Origin: an uncultured Candidatus Saccharibacteria bacterium
Lineage (GTDB): Bacteria; Patescibacteriota; Minisyncoccia; Phycocordibacterales; UBA1550
Reading direction: 5' to 3'
Length of the DNA: 64,000 nucleotides
Assembly: GCA_964457625.1 (NCBI GenBank)
Contig: CAYWES010000003.1
Location: 8,013 to 72,012, forward strand
In this document: positions 35,475-45,097 of the stretch, piece by piece
How the letters are laid out: each line of letters starts with the position of its first letter
How positions within the stretch are numbered: the stretch's first letter is position 1
Translations under genes and position numbers: made by a program
Notes under the pieces: generated by a model
The model's input: only the letters and a program-made list of their open reading frames with translations
What the model was told of the DNA's origin: nothing
Database searches by the model: none

Positions 35475-35939
35475 ATGCAGTTTCACATACCTCAAAATAT
35501 TGATATTGAAGACAAGATCGTGGGGCCCCTCACGCTCCGACAAGCAATCTACCTCGCTGGAGGGGCGGGCGCCGCATACTTTGTGTTTAGGCTTTTTACA
35601 AACTATCTCTTTATTGCACTCCCCATTATTGTGGGAATTGCCGTCCTCACATGGGCTCTTGCATTCTATCCTCGAGAAAAACTGGGGAGGCCGTTTATTG
35701 AGGTCCTTGAGTCTGCGTTTTGGTTTTTCTTTAAAGGCAAGCTCTACACATGGAAAAAAACACCGACACCCATTGAAAAGGACAAAGAAGAGTCCTTTAT
35801 CTCCTTGCCAACTTTTACCACCCCAAAAACCACCACCAGTAAACTCTCCTCGACGGCGTTTAATCTTGATGTAAAAGAAGACAAAAGCGACGATGATGGG
35901 CGAGAAATGAGGGAATATTTAATAAAAAGGAAGCTTTAA
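35475..35939 (+). CDS. PrgI-family protein (Gram-positive-type T4SS small membrane component)
   Basis: The N-terminus MQFHIPQNIDIEDKIVGPLTLRQAIYL matches the PrgI-family conserved start. Two TM helices follow. It is immediately upstream of VirB4. Confidence 0.6.
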   Translation: MQFHIPQNIDIEDKIVGPLTLRQAIYLAGGAGAAYFVFRLFTNYLFIALPIIVGIAVLTWALAFYPREKLGRPFIEVLESAFWFFFKGKLYTWKKTPTPIEKDKEESFISLPTFTTPKTTTSKLSSTAFNLDVKEDKSDDDGREMREYLIKRKL

Positions 35940-36008
35940 GAGTATCCTAAGCGCGCAAACACTACGCCTTACAAGAAAGTCGTGGTACACTGAGAGAAAG
36001 AATATTGT

Positions 36009-36662
36009 ATGGCAGTTGCATCAAAATCAGCACAAGAGTTTGTCCCCATAAAAGAGATCCGTGATGGTGTTGTTATTTTAAAAGATGGCACCATGCGCAT
36101 GGTGCTTATGGCGTCGTCCATCAACCTCGCGCTCAAATCTGCCGATGAACAAGCGGGTATTCTCATGCAGTTTCAGACATTTCTCAACTCACTGGAATTT
36201 TCAACGCAAATTTTCATCCAGTCCCGCCGTCTTGATGTGCGCTCCTACTTAAATCTCCTTGAGGAACGTCATCGCGTAGAAATGAATGAGCTCATGAAAG
36301 TGCAGATTCGCGAATATATGAACTTCATAAAGGTGGTGACCGAGGCGACCAATATTATGAACAAAATGTTCCTCATTGTGGTGCCGTATGCTCCTGTGCG
36401 ATCCGTCACCGCGCAAGACCAAAAAAACGGCGGACTCCTTGGGAACATCCTCAAAAAAAGCACTCCTACGAAAGCACCGCTCTCAAAGGGTGCCGTTGAT
36501 GCCTTTGAAGAAGCACGCACTCAGCTCGAGCAGCGCGCGGGAATCGTGAGCCAAGGTCTCTCGCGTACCGGTGTGCGCATCAAACCTCTCGGCACCGAAG
36601 AGCTCACCGAGCTTTACTATCGCCTTTTCAATCCGGGAGAAGCGGAAAAGCGTGTACAATAA
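36009..36662 (+). CDS. VirB4/TrbE/CagE-family N-terminal domain, encoded as a separate ORF
   Basis: 217 aa; VPIKEIRDGVVILKDGTMRMVLMASSINLALKSADEQ...FQTFLNSLEFSTQIFIQSRRLDV resembles the CagE_TrbE_VirB N-domain. A TAA stop lies 5 nt before the next ORF. Confidence 0.6.
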   Translation: MAVASKSAQEFVPIKEIRDGVVILKDGTMRMVLMASSINLALKSADEQAGILMQFQTFLNSLEFSTQIFIQSRRLDVRSYLNLLEERHRVEMNELMKVQIREYMNFIKVVTEATNIMNKMFLIVVPYAPVRSVTAQDQKNGGLLGNILKKSTPTKAPLSKGAVDAFEEARTQLEQRAGIVSQGLSRTGVRIKPLGTEELTELYYRLFNPGEAEKRVQ

Positions 36663-36667
36663 ATACT

Positions 36668-38503
36668 ATGGTTAATTTTTTTGGAAAAAAAGAAGAAAAA
36701 CAAGCTGACACAAGCGCATCAGGTGTGCCGGTGTTACCTCAAGACCTCTACAAGGAGCAAGACTTGGACATCCTTGATATCATCGCGCCATCCGCGGTGC
36801 AAATAGGGTCAAAGCACCTGAACCTTGGCGAAAAAGTGGTGCGCTCGTTCTTTGTGACCGCATACCCCAGCGCACTCACCGACAACTGGCTTTCTCCGCT
36901 CATAAACCTCGACAAAGTTTTTGATATTTCAATCTATATTCACCCTATTGATACCACGGTGATTATGAAAAAGTTTGAAAAGAAGGTGGCTGAAGTCCAA
37001 AGCCAGATTACTGTGCGTGAGCAAAAAGGATTCGTGCGCGACCCCATGCTTGAAAACGCGTACCGAGACCTTGAAGACCTCCGCGACCGCCTCCAGCAAG
37101 CGGAAGAAAAAATGTTTGACGTAGGGCTCTATATCTCTCTCTATGGAGACAATGAGGAAGAACTCGCGCACGCGGAAGCGGAGATTAAATCAATGCTTGA
37201 AGCTCGCCTCATCTATCTTCGCCCGGCACTTTTTCAACAAGATATCGCGTTCCAGACCATGCTTCCGGTAAACGACGACAAGATTGGTGTGATGAAAAAG
37301 ATGAATTCCGAGCCCCTTTCCAGCTTTTTCCCTTTTGTATCCTTTGACCTCACCTCGGACAACGGCATTCTCTATGGTATCAATCGCCACAACTCCTCAC
37401 TCGTGCTCTTTGATAGATTCTCTCTGGAAAACTACAATTCCATCACCTTTGCAAAGTCCGGTTCGGGTAAGTCCTACCAGACAAAACTTGAGATTTTGAG
37501 GAGCCTCATGTTTGATATTGATGTAATCGTGATTGACCCCGAGCGCGAGTATGAGTCCATGTCTGAGGCGGTAGGGGGGCGCTATTTCAATATTTCTTTG
37601 AACTCAGCTCACCACATCAACCCTTTTGACCTTCCCGCTCCGCGCGAAGACGAGTCTCCCGCGGATATTCTCCGCTCAAACATTGTTTCCCTTGTAGGGC
37701 TCTTTCGCATCATGCTCGGAGGACTTACCCCGGAGGAAGACGCGCTCGTCGATCGCGCCATCGCAGAGACATACGCCCTCAAAGACATCACTGCTGACTC
37801 TGACTTTACTGCAATAGAACCTCCTCTTCTTTCTGATTTTGAAATGGTTCTCTCGGGAATGGAGGGTGCAGAAAACATTCTCACAAAACTCACCAAATAT
37901 ACGCGTGGTTCATGGGCAGGATTCTTGAACCAACCCACAAACGTAGATATCAATCGCAAGTTTATCGTGTTTTCCGTGCGCGACATGGAGGACGAGCTGA
38001 AGCCTGTGGCAATGTATCTCGTAACCCACTATATCTGGACCGCTATCCGTCGTACGCTCCGCAAGCGTCTCCTCGTGGTGGATGAGGCATGGTGGATGAT
38101 GAAGTCCGATGACACCGCGGCCTTTCTCTACGCACTCGCAAAACGCGGACGAAAGTACTACCTTGGTATCGCCACGATTACCCAGGACGTAAACGACTTC
38201 CTCAAATCGCCGTATGGTCTTCCCATTATGACGAACTCGTCTATCCAGGTCCTCCTCAAGCAGTCTCCGACAAACATTGACGCGGTACAGAAAGCATTCA
38301 CCCTTACGGACGAAGAAAAATATCTTCTCCTCGAGTCAGGTGTGGGTGAGGGAATATTCTTTGCGGGCATGAAACACGTGGCTATCAAAAGCATCGCGTC
38401 CTATACAGAAGACCAAATCATCACCTCTGACCCTTCGCAGGTTCTTGCCATCAAAAAGGCAAAGAGAGAACTCGCGGAAGCGGAAGCAAAAGGGGAGGCA
38501 TAG
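36668..38503 (+). CDS. virB4: VirB4-like T4SS ATPase, C-terminal ATPase part
   Basis: 611 aa with Walker A FAKSGSGKSY, Walker B LLVVDEAW, and the VirB4-type arrangement (substrate-release and helical regions). Confidence 0.75.
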   Translation: MVNFFGKKEEKQADTSASGVPVLPQDLYKEQDLDILDIIAPSAVQIGSKHLNLGEKVVRSFFVTAYPSALTDNWLSPLINLDKVFDISIYIHPIDTTVIMKKFEKKVAEVQSQITVREQKGFVRDPMLENAYRDLEDLRDRLQQAEEKMFDVGLYISLYGDNEEELAHAEAEIKSMLEARLIYLRPALFQQDIAFQTMLPVNDDKIGVMKKMNSEPLSSFFPFVSFDLTSDNGILYGINRHNSSLVLFDRFSLENYNSITFAKSGSGKSYQTKLEILRSLMFDIDVIVIDPEREYESMSEAVGGRYFNISLNSAHHINPFDLPAPREDESPADILRSNIVSLVGLFRIMLGGLTPEEDALVDRAIAETYALKDITADSDFTAIEPPLLSDFEMVLSGMEGAENILTKLTKYTRGSWAGFLNQPTNVDINRKFIVFSVRDMEDELKPVAMYLVTHYIWTAIRRTLRKRLLVVDEAWWMMKSDDTAAFLYALAKRGRKYYLGIATITQDVNDFLKSPYGLPIMTNSSIQVLLKQSPTNIDAVQKAFTLTDEEKYLLLESGVGEGIFFAGMKHVAIKSIASYTEDQIITSDPSQVLAIKKAKRELAEAEAKGEA

Positions 38504-38566
38504 AGGGCTTGTACACGCCGGTGTTTCCGTTTTCATTCTTTGACGAGTAGGGTATACTATCTGTAT

Positions 38567-39610
38567 ATGCAACGTATTTCTCTGAATACCGGCTTAGTGC
38601 TCTTGTTGCCCTTTTTCTTTGTGCCGTTTCTTGTGTCGGCACAAACAACAGGGATCATTCCTTCTTTTTCTCCCCAAGCCATCCGTGCAAACGCTATTGA
38701 AAACTATCTGGAAATACAAATAACTCCTCCTAACCCGGGGCCCGACCAAGAGGTGAGCATCACCATCCAAAGCTATCTTGCTGACCTCAACAAATCGACC
38801 ATTCTTTGGATTCTTGATGATGAGATTCTCGCTGAGGGGATGGGGATACGGACCGCAACATTCAAAAATGCTCCCGCAGGGGGTTCCCGAGTGCTCAAGA
38901 TTGTCCTTTTTACCAACAACAACGAACAGGCGGTCCGTACCCTCCATTTCAATCCCGTGGGTGTGACACTCATGTGGGAAGCAGATACCTATACACCGCC
39001 TTTTTATAAAGGGAAACCACTTCTTTCTCCTCAAGCCAACCTCCGCGTGATTGCCACCCCTGATATTTCATCTATAAACCCCAATACCTTGAGCTATACA
39101 TGGAAGCGTGATGGAGCTATCGTGAGAGACGCGTCCGGTGTCGGGAAAAACACCTTCACCCTCTCGGCATCTCGTCCTTTTGATAACCTTGAAACAACCC
39201 TCAGTGTCTCCTCGCTCGACAATACCATTTCCTCGGAAACACGTGTTTCCGTCCCTGTTGTTACCCCTTACATCCTTCTCTATGAGGACCACCCGCTTCT
39301 CGGCGTTTGGTACAAGCGCCCCCTTGGATCAGCGGTTGATATCACGGAGCGCGAGCTCTCTCTTGTCGCGGAGCCATACTATTTCAGCAATGAAACCACC
39401 GATACGGTATTTGATTATGTGTGGCGCCTCAATGGGAGCCCCCTCAATGCATTCGGTCGCATGATTACGCTTCGCAATGAAGAAGGATTGGTCGGTCTTT
39501 CAGATATTTCTCTCACCATTGAAAGCTTTGAAAAAATATTCCAAGCGGCGGAGCGCTCCCTGCGTATCAACTTTACAGAAACTCCAAGCGGGTCGCGCAC
39601 AATATTCTAA
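38567..39610 (+). CDS. Hypothetical secreted protein (signal peptide, about 320-aa mature domain)
   Basis: ORF with signal peptide MQRISLNTGLVLLLPFFFVPFLVSAQT. It lies in the T4SS-like cluster. No known domain. Confidence 0.5.
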   Translation: MQRISLNTGLVLLLPFFFVPFLVSAQTTGIIPSFSPQAIRANAIENYLEIQITPPNPGPDQEVSITIQSYLADLNKSTILWILDDEILAEGMGIRTATFKNAPAGGSRVLKIVLFTNNNEQAVRTLHFNPVGVTLMWEADTYTPPFYKGKPLLSPQANLRVIATPDISSINPNTLSYTWKRDGAIVRDASGVGKNTFTLSASRPFDNLETTLSVSSLDNTISSETRVSVPVVTPYILLYEDHPLLGVWYKRPLGSAVDITERELSLVAEPYYFSNETTDTVFDYVWRLNGSPLNAFGRMITLRNEEGLVGLSDISLTIESFEKIFQAAERSLRINFTETPSGSRTIF

Positions 39611-39614
39611 TATC

Positions 39615-40322
39615 ATGTCCTACTTCGCTCACGTCACGGCATTCATGATTCTCCTCTGTATAGGGGGAGGGGTCGCATACGCGCAAGACATGGAGTATAC
39701 GCCTCTTGTGACCATTCCCGGTGTTACGGCGGTGGGAACGGGAGTCACTCTCACAGACTATCTCGTCAACGGACTCATGTTCTTGGTCGCGGCGGCGGGA
39801 GTCCTTGCAGTCATTATGATTGTCGTCGCGGGAACGCAATATGTAGCAGCAGGCATCAGTCCGAGCGCAAAGAGTGACGCGAAAGAACAGATTGTAAACG
39901 CGCTCATTGGCCTCGGTATTATTCTCTCGTCATGGCTCCTCTTGAACACTATCAACCCCAACCTCGTCAACTTCAGCCTTGAATTAGAAAAAATAAAGAG
40001 CAATGAAAGACTTAATCAAAATCAAACAATCCTCGCCACGAGTACACCAAAGAGTGAGCGGCACGACGGGAGTTTTGAAGGGCGTCAGGCCTGCAACAAT
40101 CAACGACGAATTATCGAGCAAGAAAGGCAGAAAAAGTATGATGAACAATACCCAGGAAAACGCTCGTCGACTTCTCCCTTTGGTAGCGAGCGAACTAAGT
40201 TGAGAGACCATGTGAATGGAGTGTGCTTAAAGGACACATTTAAAAGCATAGATATGGGAAAAGATTATTATTTTATTAACTACCCTCCCCCTCCTCCTGG
40301 GTTTGACTCCCTCCCTCTCTAA
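39615..40322 (+). CDS. TrbC/VirB2-like pilin candidate (signal peptide plus two hydrophobic helices) with a C-terminal polar extension ending in PPPPPGFDSLPL
   Basis: MSYFAHVTAFMILLCIGGGVAYAQD, then LVNGLMFLVAAAGVLAVIMIVVAGTQYVAAG, then NALIGLGIILSSWLLLNTI: the VirB2-like topology. The start was set at the internal Met; the upstream part of the ORF overlaps the previous gene. Confidence 0.5.
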   Translation: MSYFAHVTAFMILLCIGGGVAYAQDMEYTPLVTIPGVTAVGTGVTLTDYLVNGLMFLVAAAGVLAVIMIVVAGTQYVAAGISPSAKSDAKEQIVNALIGLGIILSSWLLLNTINPNLVNFSLELEKIKSNERLNQNQTILATSTPKSERHDGSFEGRQACNNQRRIIEQERQKKYDEQYPGKRSSTSPFGSERTKLRDHVNGVCLKDTFKSIDMGKDYYFINYPPPPPGFDSLPL

Positions 40323-40407
40323 TTGCCTAGAGTGAACCTTCCTCAATAAAGCTTTCTGTGAGAATTTCACTACCAGTTTTTGTTGCGCCTTGCTATACTA
40401 GAATCAT

Positions 40408-41814
40408 ATGAACAGGAGAACGCTCTTTACTGTCGTCGGTGGCATCATCATCCTTGTCCTTCTTGGGGCAAGTCTCTACTTCTTTCTCAGACAACCCTCC
40501 ACACCGGGAGGTCCCGGTCTGTTTCCGGGGATTTCTGACCCGATTGATATTATCCCCACAGAGCCCGGCATGGACGTTAATATTGAGCTTCTCCTTGCCA
40601 CAGACCAGTCTCTCCCTCGTCTCTACCGCCTCCATGGCACCCCTGTCGCGGGGATAGGCTTTCACGAGACAGGGAGCGGGGACACGTACTCAATCATCGC
40701 GCGCTATATAGAGCAAGCCCTGGGACATATCTACGACACCGACCTCTATACATATCGTGAGGGGCGTATCCTCAATGAGACACGATCAAAAATCTCAGAA
40801 GCATTGTGGGGGAGAAATGGGCAGTCAGTTGTCATTCGTTCCCTTGAAAACGTAAACAACGATATTATCTCTTCAAAAATCCTCAACATCGTCCCACAAA
40901 CTTCTCTGCCGGGATCGTTCTTGAGCGAAGAGATCCTCCTTCCAAACTTTATCCCCTTTATGGATATCGCAGGAGATGGGAGTGACGCAGTCTTTTATCT
41001 CCAAAGCAGTATTTCCCAAGCACGAGGACTCACAATAAACACAAGGGGCGCCGGCACAACACAAGTGTTTTCCGAAAGTTTCACCGAATGGCTTCCTCAA
41101 TTTCCCAACGCACGTCTCGTTACCCTCACCACGAGGCCCTCAGCGGGGGTTCCCGGGTTTTTGTACTTCCTTGACCCTGTCACAAGAAATCTCCGGAAGG
41201 TTTTGAGTGATGTCCCCGCCCTCACAACCCTCACCAATACACAAGGCACCTGGGTTCTCTATGGGTCAACCCCCGCCACCCAAATGGAGCTTTTTGCATA
41301 CAATGTTCAAAGAGGAGAGTCTGTACAAATCCCCCTCGCAACCCTTCCTGAAAAGTGTGTGTGGGCACGCGCGGAAGCAAACACTGTGTATTGCGCAGTT
41401 CCTAATCCTCCTCAATCAGGAATTCTCCCGGATCGTTGGTATCAGGGGGTTATCGCATTTTCTGATGAACTCTGGAAGGTTGATGTGACTACAGGTGCCA
41501 CCTCTCTTGTGCTGACCCCCGTCGGTGCTTCCTTTGACATGACAAACCTCTCTATCTCGTCCGACGATACCTATATTGTCTTTGTTGATAAAGAAACGGG
41601 ATTCCCTTGGGTATTTCGCACGACCGTCGTCGACCCAGGCCTTTCCCGCCGTCTTGCCGCCCAAGAACAACAACGAGCGGCCCAAGAAGCGGCACTCCTA
41701 GAGGACACCCCCAGCACCCCTGAGCTCCCCCCAGAAATAACCCAGCCAACACAACCCCTACAGGGAGCAACCATAGCAGACCCTCTCATCGAGGACCTCC
41801 AACAAATTCGCTAG
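40408..41814 (+). CDS. Hypothetical secreted/anchored protein with the MNRRTLFTVVGGIIILVLLGASLY signal-anchor and a Pro/Gln-rich C-terminus
   Basis: 468 aa ORF. The leader is shared with the ORF at 15743. Confidence 0.55.
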   Translation: MNRRTLFTVVGGIIILVLLGASLYFFLRQPSTPGGPGLFPGISDPIDIIPTEPGMDVNIELLLATDQSLPRLYRLHGTPVAGIGFHETGSGDTYSIIARYIEQALGHIYDTDLYTYREGRILNETRSKISEALWGRNGQSVVIRSLENVNNDIISSKILNIVPQTSLPGSFLSEEILLPNFIPFMDIAGDGSDAVFYLQSSISQARGLTINTRGAGTTQVFSESFTEWLPQFPNARLVTLTTRPSAGVPGFLYFLDPVTRNLRKVLSDVPALTTLTNTQGTWVLYGSTPATQMELFAYNVQRGESVQIPLATLPEKCVWARAEANTVYCAVPNPPQSGILPDRWYQGVIAFSDELWKVDVTTGATSLVLTPVGASFDMTNLSISSDDTYIVFVDKETGFPWVFRTTVVDPGLSRRLAAQEQQRAAQEAALLEDTPSTPELPPEITQPTQPLQGATIADPLIEDLQQIR

Positions 41815-41828
41815 AAGACATCAGTCTA

Positions 41829-42551
41829 CTAAATCTCCTTACTTTTCTTCTTTACGTAGAGTTCGTGAATGATAGAGAAGAGGTTGCTTGTCGCCCAGTA
41901 GAGCGCGATGGCCGCTGAGATGCTATATGAGACAATGAAGACAACAACAGGAAGTATGTAGCGCATCTGCATATTAAAACTCCTTGCAAAATCATCTTTA
42001 AATGTCTGCTTTGCTCCTTGTGCGGGGGCTTTTACGGGAGGGAGGGAGAGCTTAATCTGGAAATATTGCGTAATAGCTGCCAACAGCGCTAGCACAAAGC
42101 TTTTTGCGGTGAGGGTTATACCCAAGAACATGATTCCGACCGCCTCAGGGAATCCTACAAAAGAATAGAGTATTTCCGGGTCTATATCGGGTAATCCCTT
42201 GAAAAACACCCAGTAGAGGGCAAAAATTATAGGGAGCTGAAGAAGCAACAAGAAACATCCCGAAAAAGGATTTATACCGTGCTCTCTATAAAGCTCAAGG
42301 GTTTTTTGTGCTTGAAGCTGTTTATCGTCTTTAAAATTCTCTTTTATAGTGTCGAGGTGGGGGGCAAGGAGACGCAATTTTGACTGAGAAACAGTCGCCT
42401 TATGAGAAAGGGGGAGGAGGAGAAAGCGGACCCCCACCGTGAGGAGGATAATAGAGACTCCGAGGTTTCCTCCGGGCACCACATCTATAAGAAATACAAG
42501 CCCATTATAAACAGGTTGATAAAATACGGTGAAAAAAAATCCTGATTCCAT
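41829..42551 (-). CDS. yidC: Membrane protein insertase YidC/Oxa1 (short form)
   Basis: 240 aa with five TM helices and a conserved 60KD_IMP core. It lies in rnpA-yidD-yidC synteny. Confidence 0.85.
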   Translation of the reverse strand: MESGFFFTVFYQPVYNGLVFLIDVVPGGNLGVSIILLTVGVRFLLLPLSHKATVSQSKLRLLAPHLDTIKENFKDDKQLQAQKTLELYREHGINPFSGCFLLLLQLPIIFALYWVFFKGLPDIDPEILYSFVGFPEAVGIMFLGITLTAKSFVLALLAAITQYFQIKLSLPPVKAPAQGAKQTFKDDFARSFNMQMRYILPVVVFIVSYSISAAIALYWATSNLFSIIHELYVKKKSKEI

Positions 42552-42585
42552 GTCGCTAATACTAGCACGAATGAGGATCTTTATA

Positions 42586-42819
42586 CTAGGGGACTAAATC
42601 TATGTGTTCTTTTTGCCATGGGTGACACCGCACAATACGACGCGCCCCCAACAGAACACCCTTATAAAAACCATATTTATGGAGCGCTTCTTTCGTATAT
42701 TCAGAGCATGTTGGATAAAAACAACATGTGGTGTTCTTTTTTAAAGAAAACATCCCCGTATCCGGAGAAAGAAATTTTTGATAGAAGGTTATAAAGGAAA
42801 TGAGGAGTTTTGTGAGCAT
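42586..42819 (-). CDS. yidD: Membrane protein insertion efficiency factor YidD
   Basis: 77 aa with the YidD/haemolytic-domain signature (FYQKFLSP....C.F.PTCS.Y...A....G...G..L...RI.RCHP). Confidence 0.85.
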   Translation of the reverse strand: MLTKLLISFITFYQKFLSPDTGMFSLKKNTTCCFYPTCSEYTKEALHKYGFYKGVLLGARRIVRCHPWQKEHIDLVP

Positions 42820-42822
42820 AGG

Positions 42823-43182
42823 CTATTGTCGAGGGTTCACCCCAAAAACCTTCTCCATTTCTTTCTTAATTTCATGTGTGGTTAATCCGATAGACTCTTT
42901 TTTGGGATACACCACAAACGAAGACGGGGGAGTGGTCTTCAAAAAACCATGTATTGCTTCATAAAAACGACGTTTAAGACTATTTCGCACAACCGCTTTA
43001 GGAGAAACTTTCCGAGAAACCACAATAGATGCTCGTGATACACCCAAACCTTTGTTTGGGTATTGTGTTATTGAAAAAAGAGGGGAAAACAAACGAATTC
43101 CCCTCTCCTGGGGGGAGGGGAATTCTCTACGTGAAATGCGGTTTAATCGGGGAATCATGGTATAAAAACGCCCGAAACCCAA
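42823..43182 (-). CDS. rnpA: RNase P protein component
   Basis: 119 aa basic protein; VSRKVSPKAVVRNSLKRR is the RnpA RNR-like motif. Confidence 0.8.
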   Translation of the reverse strand: MGFGRFYTMIPRLNRISRREFPSPQERGIRLFSPLFSITQYPNKGLGVSRASIVVSRKVSPKAVVRNSLKRRFYEAIHGFLKTTPPSSFVVYPKKESIGLTTHEIKKEMEKVFGVNPRQ

Positions 43183-43196
43183 GGAAACAAAGAAGT

Positions 43197-43334
43197 TTAT
43201 ACGGTGGTGAGGCGCTTGCGTCCTTTTTGACGACGAGACTTCAACACATTTTTCCCATTGGTCGTCTTTGAGCGAACCAAAAATCCGTGTTTCTTAACCC
43301 TTTTTAGTTTCTTCGGCTGATATGTTTGAGACAT
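43197..43334 (-). CDS. rpmH: 50S ribosomal protein L34
   Basis: Manual translation gives [45 protein letters not shown] (45 aa). This is below the ORF-track length cutoff. Confidence 0.85.
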   Translation of the reverse strand: MSQTYQPKKLKRVKKHGFLVRSKTTNGKNVLKSRRQKGRKRLTTV

Positions 43335-43500
43335 AATTGAGAACTATACACTATGTTTTATAAAAAATCCAGTTTATTATTTTTTCTTTATGATATAATT
43401 CTTTCCACAACTTATCCACAGGGTATAAACCTTTATATACCCATATGGATTTTAGGTTTTTTGTGAACAGGGGTATACTAGTAATTACCTATCCACACCT
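43335..43500. other. oriC candidate, left part (rpmH-dnaA intergenic region with DnaA boxes)
   Basis: TTATCCACA at 43412-43420 and TATCCACAC at about 43490-43498, in an AT-rich stretch. Confidence 0.7.
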
Positions 43501-44865
43501 ATGCATACTCACGAAAAATTATGGGAAAATGTGCTCACTGATATAGAGAAAGAGATTTCCCACGCAAGTCTTAACACTTGGTTCAAAAACACCGCGATTC
43601 TTTCTTATGAAGATGGTGTGGTGGTGGTGGCGGTCCCTAGTGAGTTTATAAAAACTTGGATCCAAGACAAGTTCCACAAAATGGTTCTTCGATCTCTTCG
43701 CAACCTTTCAGACTCTATTCGAACCATTGAATATGTTGTTCACAAGATTGAAGCGCCCCAAAAACAAGAGATTAAAGAATCCACAAAAACCCCTAAAAAA
43801 GTAGTGGGGTCAGAGCTCCCCCTCGAAGATCTGTACATAAACAAAGAAGACGGCCTCAACCCTCGATATACATTTGATAATTTTATTATTGGAGACTTTA
43901 ATGATCTTGCATACACTGCAGCGCAAAGCATTATTAAAAAAATAGGAACCAATGTTTATAATCCTCTTTTTATTTATGGAAACACCGGCCTTGGAAAAAC
44001 ACACCTTATTCAATCGGTGGGGAATGAGATAAAAAAAATCTACTCTCATAAAAAAGTTTTTTACATCTCTTCTGAAAAATTCGCTCTTGATTACATAAAC
44101 TCTGTCGGCCAAGGACCGAAAGCAATGAATATCTTTAAAGAAAAGTATCGAAAATACGACCTCTTTATTATGGATGATATCCAATTCCTCTCAGGAAAGG
44201 AAAAAACCCAAGAAGAACTCTTTCACATTTTTAACGAGCTTTACCACAACAACAAGCAAATTATTTTTTCTTCAGACCGCCACCCAAATTACATTGCCGC
44301 CCTTGAAGACAGGCTTAAGTCTCGATTTATCTCAGGAATGACGGTAGATGTTCAAGAACCAAAATATGAATCCCGTCTTGCGATTCTTAAGTCAAAATCT
44401 GAAAAAAACAACTTTTTCCCTTCTGATGAAGTTATGGAATACCTCGCCTCATCAGTACAGGGGAATATTCGCGAGCTTGAAGGTATGTTGAATGGGATTA
44501 TTATGCAGTCTCAACTCAAAAATCGCCACCTAACACTTACTGAGATTAAGCCATTTATTAAAAACAACACAAAACCTCAAAAAAATATATCTATTAAAGA
44601 TGTGGTTAAAATTGTGAGTGATTTTTACCAAATAGAAGAACATTCAGTATATGAAAAAACAAGGAGGAAGGAGGTTCTCCGTCCTCGACAAATTGCAATG
44701 TTTATTTTGCGTGAAGACTTTAATATCTCTTACCCAACAATAGGCCAAAAGCTTGGGGGACGTGATCACACCACAGTGATGCATTCGTGTGAAAAAATTA
44801 AAGAGGATATTAAAAATGATATTTCCCTTATGCAAGATATAGATCACATACGTGCTATGTTTTGA
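43501..44865 (+). CDS. dnaA: Chromosomal replication initiator DnaA
   Basis: 454 aa with an N-terminal domain, AAA+ (GNTGLGKTHL, Walker B DDIQF) and a C-terminal DNA-binding domain. Confidence 0.9.
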   Translation: MHTHEKLWENVLTDIEKEISHASLNTWFKNTAILSYEDGVVVVAVPSEFIKTWIQDKFHKMVLRSLRNLSDSIRTIEYVVHKIEAPQKQEIKESTKTPKKVVGSELPLEDLYINKEDGLNPRYTFDNFIIGDFNDLAYTAAQSIIKKIGTNVYNPLFIYGNTGLGKTHLIQSVGNEIKKIYSHKKVFYISSEKFALDYINSVGQGPKAMNIFKEKYRKYDLFIMDDIQFLSGKEKTQEELFHIFNELYHNNKQIIFSSDRHPNYIAALEDRLKSRFISGMTVDVQEPKYESRLAILKSKSEKNNFFPSDEVMEYLASSVQGNIRELEGMLNGIIMQSQLKNRHLTLTEIKPFIKNNTKPQKNISIKDVVKIVSDFYQIEEHSVYEKTRRKEVLRPRQIAMFILREDFNISYPTIGQKLGGRDHTTVMHSCEKIKEDIKNDISLMQDIDHIRAMF

Positions 44866-45097
44866 TATCTTGTGGATTTCGTATGTATTAGTGGTGTAGA
44901 GAGTGTTTTTAAAAAGTGTATTAAAATTTAAAAAATATATGAATAAAAATATTCTCCACAATAAATATATTATTATCCACAGAATAATAATATTAAGAAC
45001 AACTAAAAATACTTTATTGGTAAGGTATTAAAGGTGTATCCACATATCCACATATATAAAGAATAACTATAAGTATTAAATATATAAATAAACGCAT
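44866..45097. other. oriC candidate, right part (dnaA-dnaN intergenic AT-rich unwinding region plus DnaA boxes)
   Basis: TTATCCACA at 44973-44981, tandem TATCCACA-TATCCACA at 45037-45052, TTCTCCACA near 44952; the surrounding stretch is extremely AT-rich. Confidence 0.75.

Noticed and set aside
39477-39614. Upstream extension of the VirB2-like ORF overlapping the preceding secreted-protein gene by 130 nt
   Set aside because: It is in a different frame over a long overlap with a well-supported ORF. The internal Met at 39615 gives a signal-peptide-like start 5 nt after the upstream stop.
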